Assembly (NCBI GenBank): GCA_965223905.1 | Contig: CBDCXV010000010.1 | Coordinates: forward strand, 928,001 to 992,000 | Direction: 5' to 3' | DNA length: 64,000 nucleotides | Source: Candidatus Latescibacterota bacterium | GTDB taxonomy: Bacteria > Latescibacterota > UBA2968 > UBA8231 | In this document: one piece after another, positions 17,969 to 27,814 of the stretch | Layout: each line of letters opens with the position of its first letter | Numbering within the stretch: position 1 is the stretch's first letter | Position numbers and translations under genes: made by a program | The notes under the pieces: generated by a model | Databases searched by the model: none | What the model was told of the DNA's origin: nothing | What the model saw: only the letters and a program-made list of their open reading frames with translations

Positions 17969-18847
17969 TCAGTCCGTTGCGATCTTGTAGGAGGTCCGCC
18001 CGATCACCTCGTGATCCGAGGCTCGCGCCCGCTCCAGGGCGCGCCCGGTGACCGGGAAGTAGTAGCGGGTTTCCGCCGACATCTTGATGAACCCCTCGGC
18101 GTAGGCGCAGCCCCCCGCCTGCCCGAAGGCGCCGTCGGTGGTTTCGATCCGCTTGCGCGCGTAGGCGCCGCCGTACCCCTGGCTGACCAGGGCGTCGAGG
18201 GCGGCCAGCTTCTTGTCGACGACGTCGGTGATGTCGATGAACAAGTCGTTATAGTACCCCCCTTCGGAGCCCCAGACGTCGCGCGGCAGGGAAGCGCCCC
18301 CGCAGCCGAAGAAGAAGACCTGGGCCACCTTGTGGGGCGGCCGCCGGTCCCCCGGGTCGACGCCGGCGGCGTGGGACAGCGCGTGCAGGACGATCTGCCC
18401 GGCGGTGGCGTGGGCGTTCGTTTTGCCGTCCCCCTCCCGGGGAAAGTGGGTCAGCACGACATCGGGTTTGAGCTCCCGGACCAAGCGGGCCACAGTCCGC
18501 ACCGACTCCTCGGTCACCATCAGCACGGCGTCGTCGATCCCGAGGAAGCGGACCTCCTCGACCCCGAGAGAGCGGCAGGCCCGGCGCACCTCCTCCGCCT
18601 TGACCTCGGAGCGCTCCGCCATCAACTGCTTCAGGTCCTCGGCCTCGGGGACCTCTTCGCGGTGGAACATCTCGTCGCTGACCACGGCGTCGTGCACGCG
18701 GGCGCCGTGGGTCAGGACCACGCATCCCACCCAGTCGCCGCGCGCCGCGTGGTGGGCCATGGCGCCCCCGGACTGGTCGAAGATGTCGGCCGGGTGGGCG
18801 CCGATCGACAGGATGCGCAGGGGTTCGGCCTTCTTGTCGGCGCTCAT
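17969..18847 (-). CDS. PIG-L/LmbE family deacetylase
   Basis: IGAHPAD, LTHG, KPDVVLTH, IDITDVVDKK. Confidence 0.85.
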   Translation of the reverse strand: MSADKKAEPLRILSIGAHPADIFDQSGGAMAHHAARGDWVGCVVLTHGARVHDAVVSDEMFHREEVPEAEDLKQLMAERSEVKAEEVRRACRSLGVEEVRFLGIDDAVLMVTEESVRTVARLVRELKPDVVLTHFPREGDGKTNAHATAGQIVLHALSHAAGVDPGDRRPPHKVAQVFFFGCGGASLPRDVWGSEGGYYNDLFIDITDVVDKKLAALDALVSQGYGGAYARKRIETTDGAFGQAGGCAYAEGFIKMSAETRYYFPVTGRALERARASDHEVIGRTSYKIATD

Positions 18848-19830
18848 GACCGCTCCAGGGGAATCGGGATGCGGACGTTGCCCCGGACCTGCGACTGCAG
18901 GCAGGCGAGCATCATCTCGACCACCGCCAGGCCGTCGCGGCCCGTGCAGGAGAGCTCCCCCTCGCCGTCGAGAACGCGGACCAGCTCATGGACCCCCGCC
19001 TGGATCTCCTTCACCTCCCACTGCGGCGCCGCAACCGGTTCGCGTCGCTCGCCGCGGTCGAGGAAGGCGTTCTCCCCCGCGATCAGGAGGCGCCCCTCCG
19101 TGCCGCTTACCGTGAACTCGGTCCGCCGCTGGGCCCGCTTGTCCCCCTGGTACACCCCGCGCACTCCGTTGTCGAAGCGAATCAGGGCGTTGGCGCTCGG
19201 TTCGGTGGCCGGATCGTGGCCGCCGTCCCCGCGGTACTCGCCGTAACCCTCGTACCCGTCCTCGAGCTCGGCGACGACCCACTGCGGGCGGCCGCCGGCG
19301 AACCACATGATGGCGTCGAGCATGTGAGTGCCGTTGCGGAACAGCATCGAGCGGGCGCTGTGGAACAGCAGCACGACGCTGCGCACCTCCCCTATGGCTC
19401 CGTCGGCGACCAGTTCGTGGCAGCGGTGCCAGAGGGGGTACCAATGGCGCGTGTGGTCGACGGACAGCAGGGTTCCGTTGGCCTCCGCGGCGGCGACCAT
19501 GCGGTCGGCATCCTCCAGCGTGGTCGCCAGCGGCTTCTCGCAGAAGATCCCCTTCACCCCCGCTTCGGCCGCGTCCACGGCCATGTTCGCGTGGGCGTTG
19601 TCCCCGGTTGCTATGGTGACGATGTCGGGCTTCGCCTTGTCGAGCATCTCGCGGTAGTCGCCGTACATCTCCAGGCCGGGATTCGTCGGCCGGAACTCCT
19701 CCTCGAAGCTTCGCCGCTGCTCTTCGACGAGGTCGCAACCGGCCACCACCTCGGCGTTGGCCAGCCCGTCCGCGCCCTGGGCGTGGCGGTTGCCGATCCC
19801 CCTGCAGCCGATGACTCCTACTCTGTACAT
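18844..19830 (-). CDS. Gfo/Idh/MocA oxidoreductase
   Basis: GVIGCRGIG, IFCEKPLA, NGTHMLD. Confidence 0.9.
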   Translation of the reverse strand: MYRVGVIGCRGIGNRHAQGADGLANAEVVAGCDLVEEQRRSFEEEFRPTNPGLEMYGDYREMLDKAKPDIVTIATGDNAHANMAVDAAEAGVKGIFCEKPLATTLEDADRMVAAAEANGTLLSVDHTRHWYPLWHRCHELVADGAIGEVRSVVLLFHSARSMLFRNGTHMLDAIMWFAGGRPQWVVAELEDGYEGYGEYRGDGGHDPATEPSANALIRFDNGVRGVYQGDKRAQRRTEFTVSGTEGRLLIAGENAFLDRGERREPVAAPQWEVKEIQAGVHELVRVLDGEGELSCTGRDGLAVVEMMLACLQSQVRGNVRIPIPLERS

Positions 19831-20102
19831 GGTCTCTCTCCTTTGCTGTGTGCGGCGAAACCGCCGGTCGCGGCGCCGCGGTTGATTTGGCTCACTCTTC
19901 GAGTCTGCTGCCGGTCATCCCCCCGACGCCGGTTTCGTCCACCGTCCCGGCCGACATCGGGAAAGACCCACATGGATGCCCATCCTGCCTGCCGCCGACG
20001 TACTTTTCCGACCATGAAAGATGGCCATATCCGGCTGCCGAGGGGCTCTCGTTCGCACCTCACGTACCCACTCATGCCCCCGCAGCCGCGGACTGCTCTG
20101 CC

Positions 20103-22652
20103 TCACTCTCTTTCAAAACCACTTCCACCACCGGCTTCCAGGCGGTCGAGCTCTGCCAGCAGCTGCCGCCGCGCTTCCATGAACTCGCCCGGATCCGCGG
20201 TGAAGTCCGTGAGCGAGCCCATCAGCCGGTCGCACAGCCTCCGGCCCGCGGCGCCGGCGTCCCCCTTCCGCAGGCTCAGCATCTGCAGCAGCTCGAAATC
20301 CTCGATGCCGTCGCGGACGTTCTCGAACCGGAGCGACGACACCGGGCCGTTCTCCCCTGCATATATCAGGCAACCGTCGCCGTTGGCGGTCCCGAACGAG
20401 GCTGGATTCCAGCCGGTCCTGTTCGATCCCGGGGCAGTGCGCAGCGGCGCCTCCTGGTTGGGCCAGCGGTTGAGGGTGTAGTAGAGAAACCCGGTCACCC
20501 CCCGGCGCCAGGTCATCCACCAGAGCAGCCGCGCCTCGAGCAGCGGGTACTCGATGAACCAGTTGGCGAACGGATGCGTGGGCCCGATGCAGATGTACCA
20601 CCAGACCTCCTTTCCCCGGGCGCGCGCGGCCGCGGCCGCTCCCTCGTCGTAGAACGCCGTCAGCGGCACCCAGATATCGACGACGTCGTCGAGGCCGCTC
20701 TCCAGGCCGTAGCTCGGGTCCTTTGCCGTCGTCGCCGTCTTCACGTCCGGGAAGCGCTGTTTCATGTACCCGAAAGCCCCCCGGAGATTCTCGAAATCCG
20801 CGACCGTCGCCTCGTCGAAGCCGTAGATGAAGGCCCGCGGCAGCAGCCCCCGGGAGCGCAGGAACCGCACCGTCGGTTCCAGGCTGTCGGCTATGGCCGC
20901 CAGCTCCTGCTCGGTGTAGTCGCCGGTTCGCAGGTTGACGAGGTTGGCGGCGTTCAACTGGCGGCGCGCCGCCAGCTCCACCAGCTCCGGACCGTCCGGC
21001 GGCGAGCGGCGGTACAGATGGGTGACGTTGAGCCGGTGCGCGGCGATGAAGTCGCGGAATTGTAGGTAAATCGCCTGCCCGCGGCGACTGCGGCGCCCCT
21101 CCCGGAACTCCGTTCCGTACACCTTCTCGAGCATGTTTTCATAGAGCGAGAAGGCGGTGCGGACGGTCGTCGAATCGGGCAGCACCGGATGGTGCACGGT
21201 CACCTGCAGGGGAACGGAGCCGGCCGGTTGCCCGTCCGCGGAGATCTCGACGGCACCGCGGTACACCCCCGGCGCCGTCGTATCCGAGGTCGCAAACGAC
21301 AGCCAGAGCGGCGTCGCCTCCCCTGCCCTGGCGGCGACCCTGGATACCGGCAGCAGGGGATCCGGCCACCAGCCGGCGAAATCGACGGCGTACTCCTCGG
21401 GGGCCTTCGTTTTCACGTACCCCACCAGGTCGATGCGGCAGCCCCCGGAAGGAAAGAGGGTCTGGCCGTCGGCGTGGAGCAGCTTGCCCACCGCTGCCTT
21501 CAGCTCCGCCTGCCCCCGGCTCAGCAGCACCAGCTGCGCCGATTCCCGCTCGTTTCCCGCCAGGTCGACGCGCAGCGGCGGGGCGCCTTCCGCGGGCGGG
21601 AACTCGTACACCTCCCGACCGATGCCGGGCCAGCTGTGCAGGAACAGCTTCTCCACCGAACTCGCCGCCCAGGCGGCCAGCAGCGGGCGTCCGGAAACCG
21701 GGCGCGCCCTCACCTCTCCGAGTGGGTTCTCGATCACCTGCCCCCCGGCGCTGTCCGCGGCCTCCAGCCACACCGTGTAGGTCTGGGGCGAAGCCTCGGG
21801 GGCCGGCTCCCACTCGTACTCGATCTCCGTGTCGCGGGCGCGGGAGTACCCTGCCGGCACTCCCCGCTCATCGCGGACGACGACCTCGATCGCCGCCCGG
21901 CGGTTGAATTTCGCGGCGACGCGCAGCCTCCCCGATGCCAGGGGATCGCGGCTCGCTTCGAGCTTGAGAAGCTCGAGCGGCCCGGCTTCGAGGCGGATGT
22001 CGTCGATCAGGAGGGCGCGGTCCCGGGAGGGCTGCCTCATGTACAGGTCGATCAAGCGCACGCGGCGGGTGTCGATCTCGCCGCCGATACCGGCGACGGA
22101 GACGGCGCAGGTGGTGGTGGTATCGGCGGAAACCGCGAGGATGCGGACGGCGCGGCGCCCCTCGGCGTCGTCGATGCGCAGCCTGAGATGGGCGGTTCCG
22201 CCGAGCTGCGACCGCGCCTCGAACTTCAGCGAGGAGAAGACGCTCCAGTCGCCGTCCCGGAATTCCCCGTCGCCGAAATGCAGGCGCGCCGAGGGCCACT
22301 TGCCGGCCCCCCGGGTCCAGCGGGGATACTGGATTCGGGCCGCGGACCCGGGGCCGGGATCCGCCGCCACGAGGTCCAGGCTCGCCTGGCGCAGCCGCCA
22401 ATGGCCGGCGCCGCGGTCGAAATCCTCCAGGACGCGGACGCGATCAGCCGGAGCGGAGGCCGCGGCGACAGCAAAGCCGAGCATCAGCGCCGCGACCGCC
22501 CGATTTACCCGATGCGGCAACTCGGACCCGCACCGGAGCAACAAAGATGGACTTCCACATCGAGTCCAGTAATGAAATGAGGAGCAACCTTCTTCGCAGA
22601 CGTCCCGCTGTTTCATTTTGCTCGGCAGGATACCATTCAGGCAGCTGTTCAC
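20103..22652 (-). CDS. DUF4091/GH123-like glycoside hydrolase with N-terminal carbohydrate-binding-like domain (true start probably ~50 codons downstream)
   Basis: NERESAQL, WPDPL, YGFDE, VWWYIC, GFLYY, NGDGCLIY, SSLRFENVRDGIED. Confidence 0.75.
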   Translation of the reverse strand: MNSCLNGILPSKMKQRDVCEEGCSSFHYWTRCGSPSLLLRCGSELPHRVNRAVAALMLGFAVAAASAPADRVRVLEDFDRGAGHWRLRQASLDLVAADPGPGSAARIQYPRWTRGAGKWPSARLHFGDGEFRDGDWSVFSSLKFEARSQLGGTAHLRLRIDDAEGRRAVRILAVSADTTTTCAVSVAGIGGEIDTRRVRLIDLYMRQPSRDRALLIDDIRLEAGPLELLKLEASRDPLASGRLRVAAKFNRRAAIEVVVRDERGVPAGYSRARDTEIEYEWEPAPEASPQTYTVWLEAADSAGGQVIENPLGEVRARPVSGRPLLAAWAASSVEKLFLHSWPGIGREVYEFPPAEGAPPLRVDLAGNERESAQLVLLSRGQAELKAAVGKLLHADGQTLFPSGGCRIDLVGYVKTKAPEEYAVDFAGWWPDPLLPVSRVAARAGEATPLWLSFATSDTTAPGVYRGAVEISADGQPAGSVPLQVTVHHPVLPDSTTVRTAFSLYENMLEKVYGTEFREGRRSRRGQAIYLQFRDFIAAHRLNVTHLYRRSPPDGPELVELAARRQLNAANLVNLRTGDYTEQELAAIADSLEPTVRFLRSRGLLPRAFIYGFDEATVADFENLRGAFGYMKQRFPDVKTATTAKDPSYGLESGLDDVVDIWVPLTAFYDEGAAAAARARGKEVWWYICIGPTHPFANWFIEYPLLEARLLWWMTWRRGVTGFLYYTLNRWPNQEAPLRTAPGSNRTGWNPASFGTANGDGCLIYAGENGPVSSLRFENVRDGIEDFELLQMLSLRKGDAGAAGRRLCDRLMGSLTDFTADPGEFMEARRQLLAELDRLEAGGGSGFERE

Positions 22653-22774
22653 AGGCGCTGACCGTCTAACATGTTGTTGCCCTCAATACTCCTCATCTTG
22701 AAATTTCCATCAAGACAACCCGTCGATACGGATGGAAAGCCGGCTTTGATGAAGCCCGGCATCCGTCAGGAGCA

Positions 22775-24139
22775 ATGGATATGCTGAACCACCTCAAAAT
22801 CGCAAATTTCAAGGCTTGGAAGGAAGCGGATCTGACGCTCGGAAAAGTAACCGGGTTCTTCGGACCCAACAGCGCCGGAAAGAGCAGCCTTCTCCAGTTT
22901 CTCCTTTTGCTAAAGCAGACCCGAAACGCCACGGACCGAGGCTTGGTCCTCGATTTCGGGGGGCCTGGGGACATGGTGAATCTCGGGACCTTCAAGGACG
23001 TGGTTCACCAACAAGACGAACAGACGCGCATAAGCTGGGACCTCGACTGGACCCTGCCGGAGAAGCTCGAAATAAATGACCCTACGGGACCCAGAGGCAG
23101 CCTGCTGTTCGAAGGCGATCGCCTTCGAACCCAGTGTGAGGTCGGCTTGAGACAGACACGCCTGTGGCCGCACGAGCTGGCCTATCGGTTCGCCGGAGTG
23201 GATTTCAGGCTGCAACCCGAGGATGGCTCGGAAACGGAATTCGATCTGGCCGACACCGTAGAATTCGAGTTCATACGCAACCGGGGCCGTCCCTGGCGGC
23301 TCCCGCATCCGGTAAAGACCTACCGATTTCCCGATGAGACAAGGATCTACTATCAGAACGCGAACTTCCTTGGTGACTTTGAACTTGCCTATGAAAGACT
23401 GATGGATTCCATCTTCTATCTCGGTCCTCTGCGGGAGCATCCCAGGCGGGAGTATCACTGGGGAGGTTCGAGTCCGGAGGATGTCGGGCAGCGGGGGGAA
23501 CGCACCGTAGACGCGATACTGGCCGCTACTCGTGACGGAGAGACGAGGAGTCTCGGTCATCGGAAAAGGAGGAAGTCGTTCCAGGAGATGGTCGCCTATT
23601 GGCTGAACGAGCTTGGGCTGATTCGCGATTTCCGTATCGAGGAGATCGCAGAGGGAACCAATCTGTACCGGGCGATGGTCAGGACTTCCGTGTCGAGCGT
23701 GCCGGTGGCGCTGACCGACGTCGGATTCGGTGTATCCCAGGTTCTGCCGGCCTTGGTCTTGCTCTACTACGTCCCGGAAGGTTCGGCGGTGCTGTTGGAG
23801 CAGCCGGAAATCCATCTCCATCCAGCCGTGCAGAGCGGATTCGCGGATGTCATGTTGAAGGTCGCCGAGACTCGAAGGGTGCAGATCATCCTGGAAAGTC
23901 ACAGCGAGCACCTGATGCGGCGTCTGCAACTCCGGGTGGCTGAAGAGGAAATATCCTCCGACCACGTCAAGCTGTATTTCGTCTCGACGAATCGAGGCGT
24001 GGCGAACGCTTCTGATCTTGCCCTTAACGAGTGGGGCGAGATCGAAAACTGGCCTCACCAGTTCTTTGGCGACGAAATGGGTGAGATCGCGGCGATCACC
24101 AAGGCTTCCTTGAGAAGAAAGATGGAGCAGTCCGCATGA
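22775..24139 (+). CDS. ABC-type (AAA_15/AAA_21-like) ATPase with DUF3696-like C-terminus
   Basis: NFKAW, Walker A GPNSAGKSS, DVGFGVSQVLP, Walker B LLEQPEIHLHP, ESHS, C-terminal GEIENWPHQFF. Confidence 0.88.
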   Translation: MDMLNHLKIANFKAWKEADLTLGKVTGFFGPNSAGKSSLLQFLLLLKQTRNATDRGLVLDFGGPGDMVNLGTFKDVVHQQDEQTRISWDLDWTLPEKLEINDPTGPRGSLLFEGDRLRTQCEVGLRQTRLWPHELAYRFAGVDFRLQPEDGSETEFDLADTVEFEFIRNRGRPWRLPHPVKTYRFPDETRIYYQNANFLGDFELAYERLMDSIFYLGPLREHPRREYHWGGSSPEDVGQRGERTVDAILAATRDGETRSLGHRKRRKSFQEMVAYWLNELGLIRDFRIEEIAEGTNLYRAMVRTSVSSVPVALTDVGFGVSQVLPALVLLYYVPEGSAVLLEQPEIHLHPAVQSGFADVMLKVAETRRVQIILESHSEHLMRRLQLRVAEEEISSDHVKLYFVSTNRGVANASDLALNEWGEIENWPHQFFGDEMGEIAAITKASLRRKMEQSA

Positions 24140-24630
24140 CGGCATTCGTCGTGGATACCAACGTCGCGATAGCCGCGAACGCAAGAGCAACTCACGCCGA
24201 TATGCCATGTCAATCGGTCTGCATAGAGAGGCTGGAACATGTGGTTGAACAAGGGGTTGTAGCCGTCGACGACACGGGTTCCATCCTAGATGAATATGGG
24301 AATCACCTGCAGTTCTCCGGACAGCCGGGGGTGGGCGATGCATTCTTCAAGCACGTATTCGACAACCAGCATCGGGGCGGCCGGGTGCAAAGGGTCGCGG
24401 TGACGCCGTCCGATGACGATCGGAAGGGATTTGAAGAGCTGCCCGACAATACTTTCGACCCGTCGGACCGGAAGTTCCTGGCGGTCGCGGTGGCTGCGGA
24501 GGCTGTTGTTCTGAACGCGACCGACAGCGACTGGGGCGAGCACCAGGCGTTGATGGACGAACTGGAGGTGGATGTCGATCAACTCTGTCCGCAGCACGCC
24601 TTCAGGAATTCCGCGCGGAGCCGCTATTGA
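24136..24630 (+). CDS. PIN-like nuclease
   Basis: VVDTNV, LDEY, DPSDRKFLAVA, ATDSDW; ATGA overlap with the ATPase. Confidence 0.75.
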   Translation: MTAFVVDTNVAIAANARATHADMPCQSVCIERLEHVVEQGVVAVDDTGSILDEYGNHLQFSGQPGVGDAFFKHVFDNQHRGGRVQRVAVTPSDDDRKGFEELPDNTFDPSDRKFLAVAVAAEAVVLNATDSDWGEHQALMDELEVDVDQLCPQHAFRNSARSRY

Positions 24631-25301
24631 ACGTGGAGCCGCTGTTTGACGCCAAGTATCCCAGGACCCCGTACTGGCCCTGGTCGCCGTTCATTGGGCG
24701 TGACGACGCCGTGCATCCGGACCCCCGTCGATTCGTCAGCGAGCCCGTGGTGGTGACGGAGAAGTTGGATGGCGGCAACACGCTGCTTCACGCAGGCGAG
24801 GTATATGGGCGCAGCGTGTCGGCCCCTTGCGCAGGCAAATGGATGGCGATGGTGAAGAAACACCACGCCTGGAAAGTGAGGGAGCCAGATCGGTATCTCT
24901 ACGGCGAGGATATCTACGGGGTGCACAGCATCGCGTACGGCCCCGTGCCGGAGAACCGGACCTTCTTTGCCTTTGCGCTCAGGGGCGGAGACGGCGCATT
25001 CGCATCCTTTTCGGAAGTCGAAGCCTACGCCAAGCGGCAGGGCATCCCGGTCGTCCCGGTCCTGTTCAAGGGCCGCTTCCGGTCGTTTGCCGAGATACGT
25101 GCGTTCCTGGAGCGCGCGCACGGGGAAGCCTCCCTGCTTGGAGGAGAGCGGGAGGGCGTCGTACTACGGCTGGCCCGCGGGTTCCCCGCGGCGGAATTTC
25201 AGCACAGTGTCTGCAAGAGCGTCCGCCCGGGCCACGTGCAGAGCGAAGAACACTGGACCAGGAACTGGGTCCCGTGCAAAATCGCACGGGACCCTGGATG
25301 A
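24627..25301 (+). CDS. ATP-dependent RNA ligase family protein
   Basis: KYPRTP, motif I TEKLDGGN, LYGE, FFAF, EGVV, K(S)VR..HVQ; TTGA overlap with the PIN gene. Confidence 0.85.
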   Translation: MNVEPLFDAKYPRTPYWPWSPFIGRDDAVHPDPRRFVSEPVVVTEKLDGGNTLLHAGEVYGRSVSAPCAGKWMAMVKKHHAWKVREPDRYLYGEDIYGVHSIAYGPVPENRTFFAFALRGGDGAFASFSEVEAYAKRQGIPVVPVLFKGRFRSFAEIRAFLERAHGEASLLGGEREGVVLRLARGFPAAEFQHSVCKSVRPGHVQSEEHWTRNWVPCKIARDPG

Positions 25302-25354
25302 GGGATCTTCGCTCCTTCCGGGATGCCAGGATTGCCCCCGCGAAGGCCGGGCAC

Positions 25355-26350
25355 TCAGCGAATTGCCAGGGGCCGGCCGGGAGAGCCGGTCCCGCCCTTG
25401 AAGCGGATCGGAGTGAACACGAACAGGAACTCGTAGACCTCGTCCTCGACCAGCCCGTCGAAGACCATGTTTTCGAGGTTCCAGATTCCGTGCTTGCAGA
25501 TGAGCTCGGTGTGCACGGGGAAACCCAGGCCCGCATCGGGGTTCGGGGTCACCTCGCCGTTCCACTGGTCGGACCCCCACATCGAGGCATTGCGCTCGGC
25601 GACCCAGGCCGCCACCTCGAGACCGATTCCGGGTGGGTTGGTGTTGTACTTGTCGGTGTCGGTCCAGTACTTCGACCACCCGTAGCGGAAGAAGAGGGCG
25701 TCCCCGTCCTTCAGATCCTGCTCCGACATCCCCTGGCGCTCGAGGGCCGCCCTCACGTCGGCCACGGTCACCTCGTAGCTGTGATCGAGCGCTTCCACCC
25801 CCTTTTGGCCGGCGATGTCGATCAATATTCCCCGTGTCAGGTACGGCTTCACATGCTCGATTCCGAGCTTCTGCAGGCCGTAGGATCCCTTCATCTCGCT
25901 GACCGGGGTTCCGTTGTAGAACAGATCCTGCACCGAGCCGTCACCCATGGTGGTGCGGATGCCGATGTGTCCGGGGCCGTCGAACTGGGTCCCGACCTGT
26001 CCGATCTCGGCGGTCAGGATCTCGTCGTGGTAGACGAGCCCGTTCTCTCCGAACGGGCCGCCCGTTGGGGAACCCGGGATGAACATCGAGTAGGTGCGGT
26101 CTCCGAACAGCGGCATGCCGCGCTCGTACACCTGCCCGATCTCGTACACCTTGCCCGTCTTCACGAGCTGTACCGCCTCGAGGACCTTCTCCGGGGTAAT
26201 CCAGTTCGAGCCTCCCGCCTGATCCTCGGCCCCCCACAGCGGGTGCGGCCACCACGGCCCCTTTTCGCGCGTCTGCGCGAAGCAATCGCCGGCTAGAGCG
26301 GCGATGGTGACGGCGCAGGCCAGTGCCAGAGTCAGTTGACGCAGTTTCAT
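25355..26350 (-). CDS. Secreted cyclase/kynurenine formamidase-family protein
   Basis: Start MKLRQLTLALAC (signal peptide); GTQFDGPGH, RGILID, ENM, GGTGSP. Confidence 0.85.
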   Translation of the reverse strand: MKLRQLTLALACAVTIAALAGDCFAQTREKGPWWPHPLWGAEDQAGGSNWITPEKVLEAVQLVKTGKVYEIGQVYERGMPLFGDRTYSMFIPGSPTGGPFGENGLVYHDEILTAEIGQVGTQFDGPGHIGIRTTMGDGSVQDLFYNGTPVSEMKGSYGLQKLGIEHVKPYLTRGILIDIAGQKGVEALDHSYEVTVADVRAALERQGMSEQDLKDGDALFFRYGWSKYWTDTDKYNTNPPGIGLEVAAWVAERNASMWGSDQWNGEVTPNPDAGLGFPVHTELICKHGIWNLENMVFDGLVEDEVYEFLFVFTPIRFKGGTGSPGRPLAIR

Positions 26351-26609
26351 GGTTGTCCCTCCTGTCTGAAGTGGGCGCCAAGTACCGCCAAACCGGGGGA
26401 GTCCGTCAATATCCGCGCTTCCCCGACCCTGTTCCTCAGGGGGACGCCGGGGGCACTCCGCTCTTCCGCCCCTTATATTTTGCGGCTCGGAAAAACGCTG
26501 GAAATCCAGATACGAGCACCTCAACAAAGTACCGATCCTTCGCTGCCATCGGCACCTGCCAGCCCGGAATCTTTCGGCCGGCTGAAGGATCGGTCGCAGA
26601 AAGAACCGG

Positions 26610-27473
26610 ATGCCTGAAATAGGAACCCGCGTCCTGGGCCGGACCGGCATGACGCCGAAGGCCCTCGGTTTCGGCTGGGCCCACCTCGAGACGGAATCCG
26701 ACGCCGTCGAGGCAGTGCGCGGCGCCATCGAGCTCGGGGTCGACTACATGGACACCTCTGCCGGGTACGGCGACAGCGAGCGCCTGCTCGGCCTGGCGCT
26801 CGCAGGGGGGTGGCGCGAGCGGGTCTACCTGCAGACGAAGACCGGCACCCACCCCGACAGGCGCGGGGATTACTCCGCGGCGGGAACGCGCTGGTCCGTC
26901 GAGAACAGCCTGCGGCAGTTCGGGACCGGCTACCTCGACGCGGTCCTGATCCACGATCCCGTTGACATCGAGCCGCCGCTGGCCCCCGGGGGCGCCCTCG
27001 ACGAGCTCTGGCGCATGAAGGAGGAGGGGGTCATCGGACACGTCGGCCTCGGCTGCCGCCCGCAGCCCTTTCATCGCCGCGCCATCGAGACCGGCCGGGT
27101 GGAGATCGTGCTCACCTTCCTCGACTACAACCTCATGACCCAGTCGGCGGCGGCGACGACCTTGCCGCTGGCCCGGGAACGCGGGGTCGGGGTGATCCTG
27201 GCGAGCGCCCTCGGCCTTGGCCGTCTCACCGGGATCGAGCCCGACCGCAATGCCGAGCCGCTTGCCCACCGCATGTGGCTGTGGTGCCGCGACCGCGGCG
27301 TCAACATCCGCCACCTCTCGATGCAGTTCTGCCTCGCCGCGGACATCGAGGGGATCGTGCTGGCCGGGCCGAAGGACCGGAAGCAGGTCGACGACGCCCT
27401 GGAGGCCGCGACCGCGGAGATCCCGCCCGAGGTCTGGGCCGCTTTCAAGGCGGAGTTCGGAGTGGGGCTGTAG
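26610..27473 (+). CDS. Aldo/keto reductase
   Basis: LGRTG, DTSAGYGDSE, QTK, YLDAVLIH. Confidence 0.9.
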   Translation: MPEIGTRVLGRTGMTPKALGFGWAHLETESDAVEAVRGAIELGVDYMDTSAGYGDSERLLGLALAGGWRERVYLQTKTGTHPDRRGDYSAAGTRWSVENSLRQFGTGYLDAVLIHDPVDIEPPLAPGGALDELWRMKEEGVIGHVGLGCRPQPFHRRAIETGRVEIVLTFLDYNLMTQSAAATTLPLARERGVGVILASALGLGRLTGIEPDRNAEPLAHRMWLWCRDRGVNIRHLSMQFCLAADIEGIVLAGPKDRKQVDDALEAATAEIPPEVWAAFKAEFGVGL

Positions 27474-27814
27474 GGCCATTCCCTGCCGGCTCGCGGCTGG
27501 TACGGTCGAAGGTGCGACCGGGGCCATGCCGGATCAGGGACGCATTCCGCTTTCCCGAAACCCGCGGCGAGAGGCCACTCCGATACAGCAGGCACGCTCG
27601 GGCCCTGCCCCCCCCCGTATTCCCCAGATTGCAGTATCTACGGCTCTTCCGGCACCGGGCTCCCTGCCCATGAAAGGTCCCCCGCGAAGCCGGACCCCGA
27701 TATCACAGGAAGCTTGCGGCCCGGCAGCGCTATGGATGCGCGACAGGGTTCCGGCCTGCTGCCCCCGATCGGGAATCGGACGTAGGAATCAGGGTAACTG
27801 ACCCGGCGTTCCCC

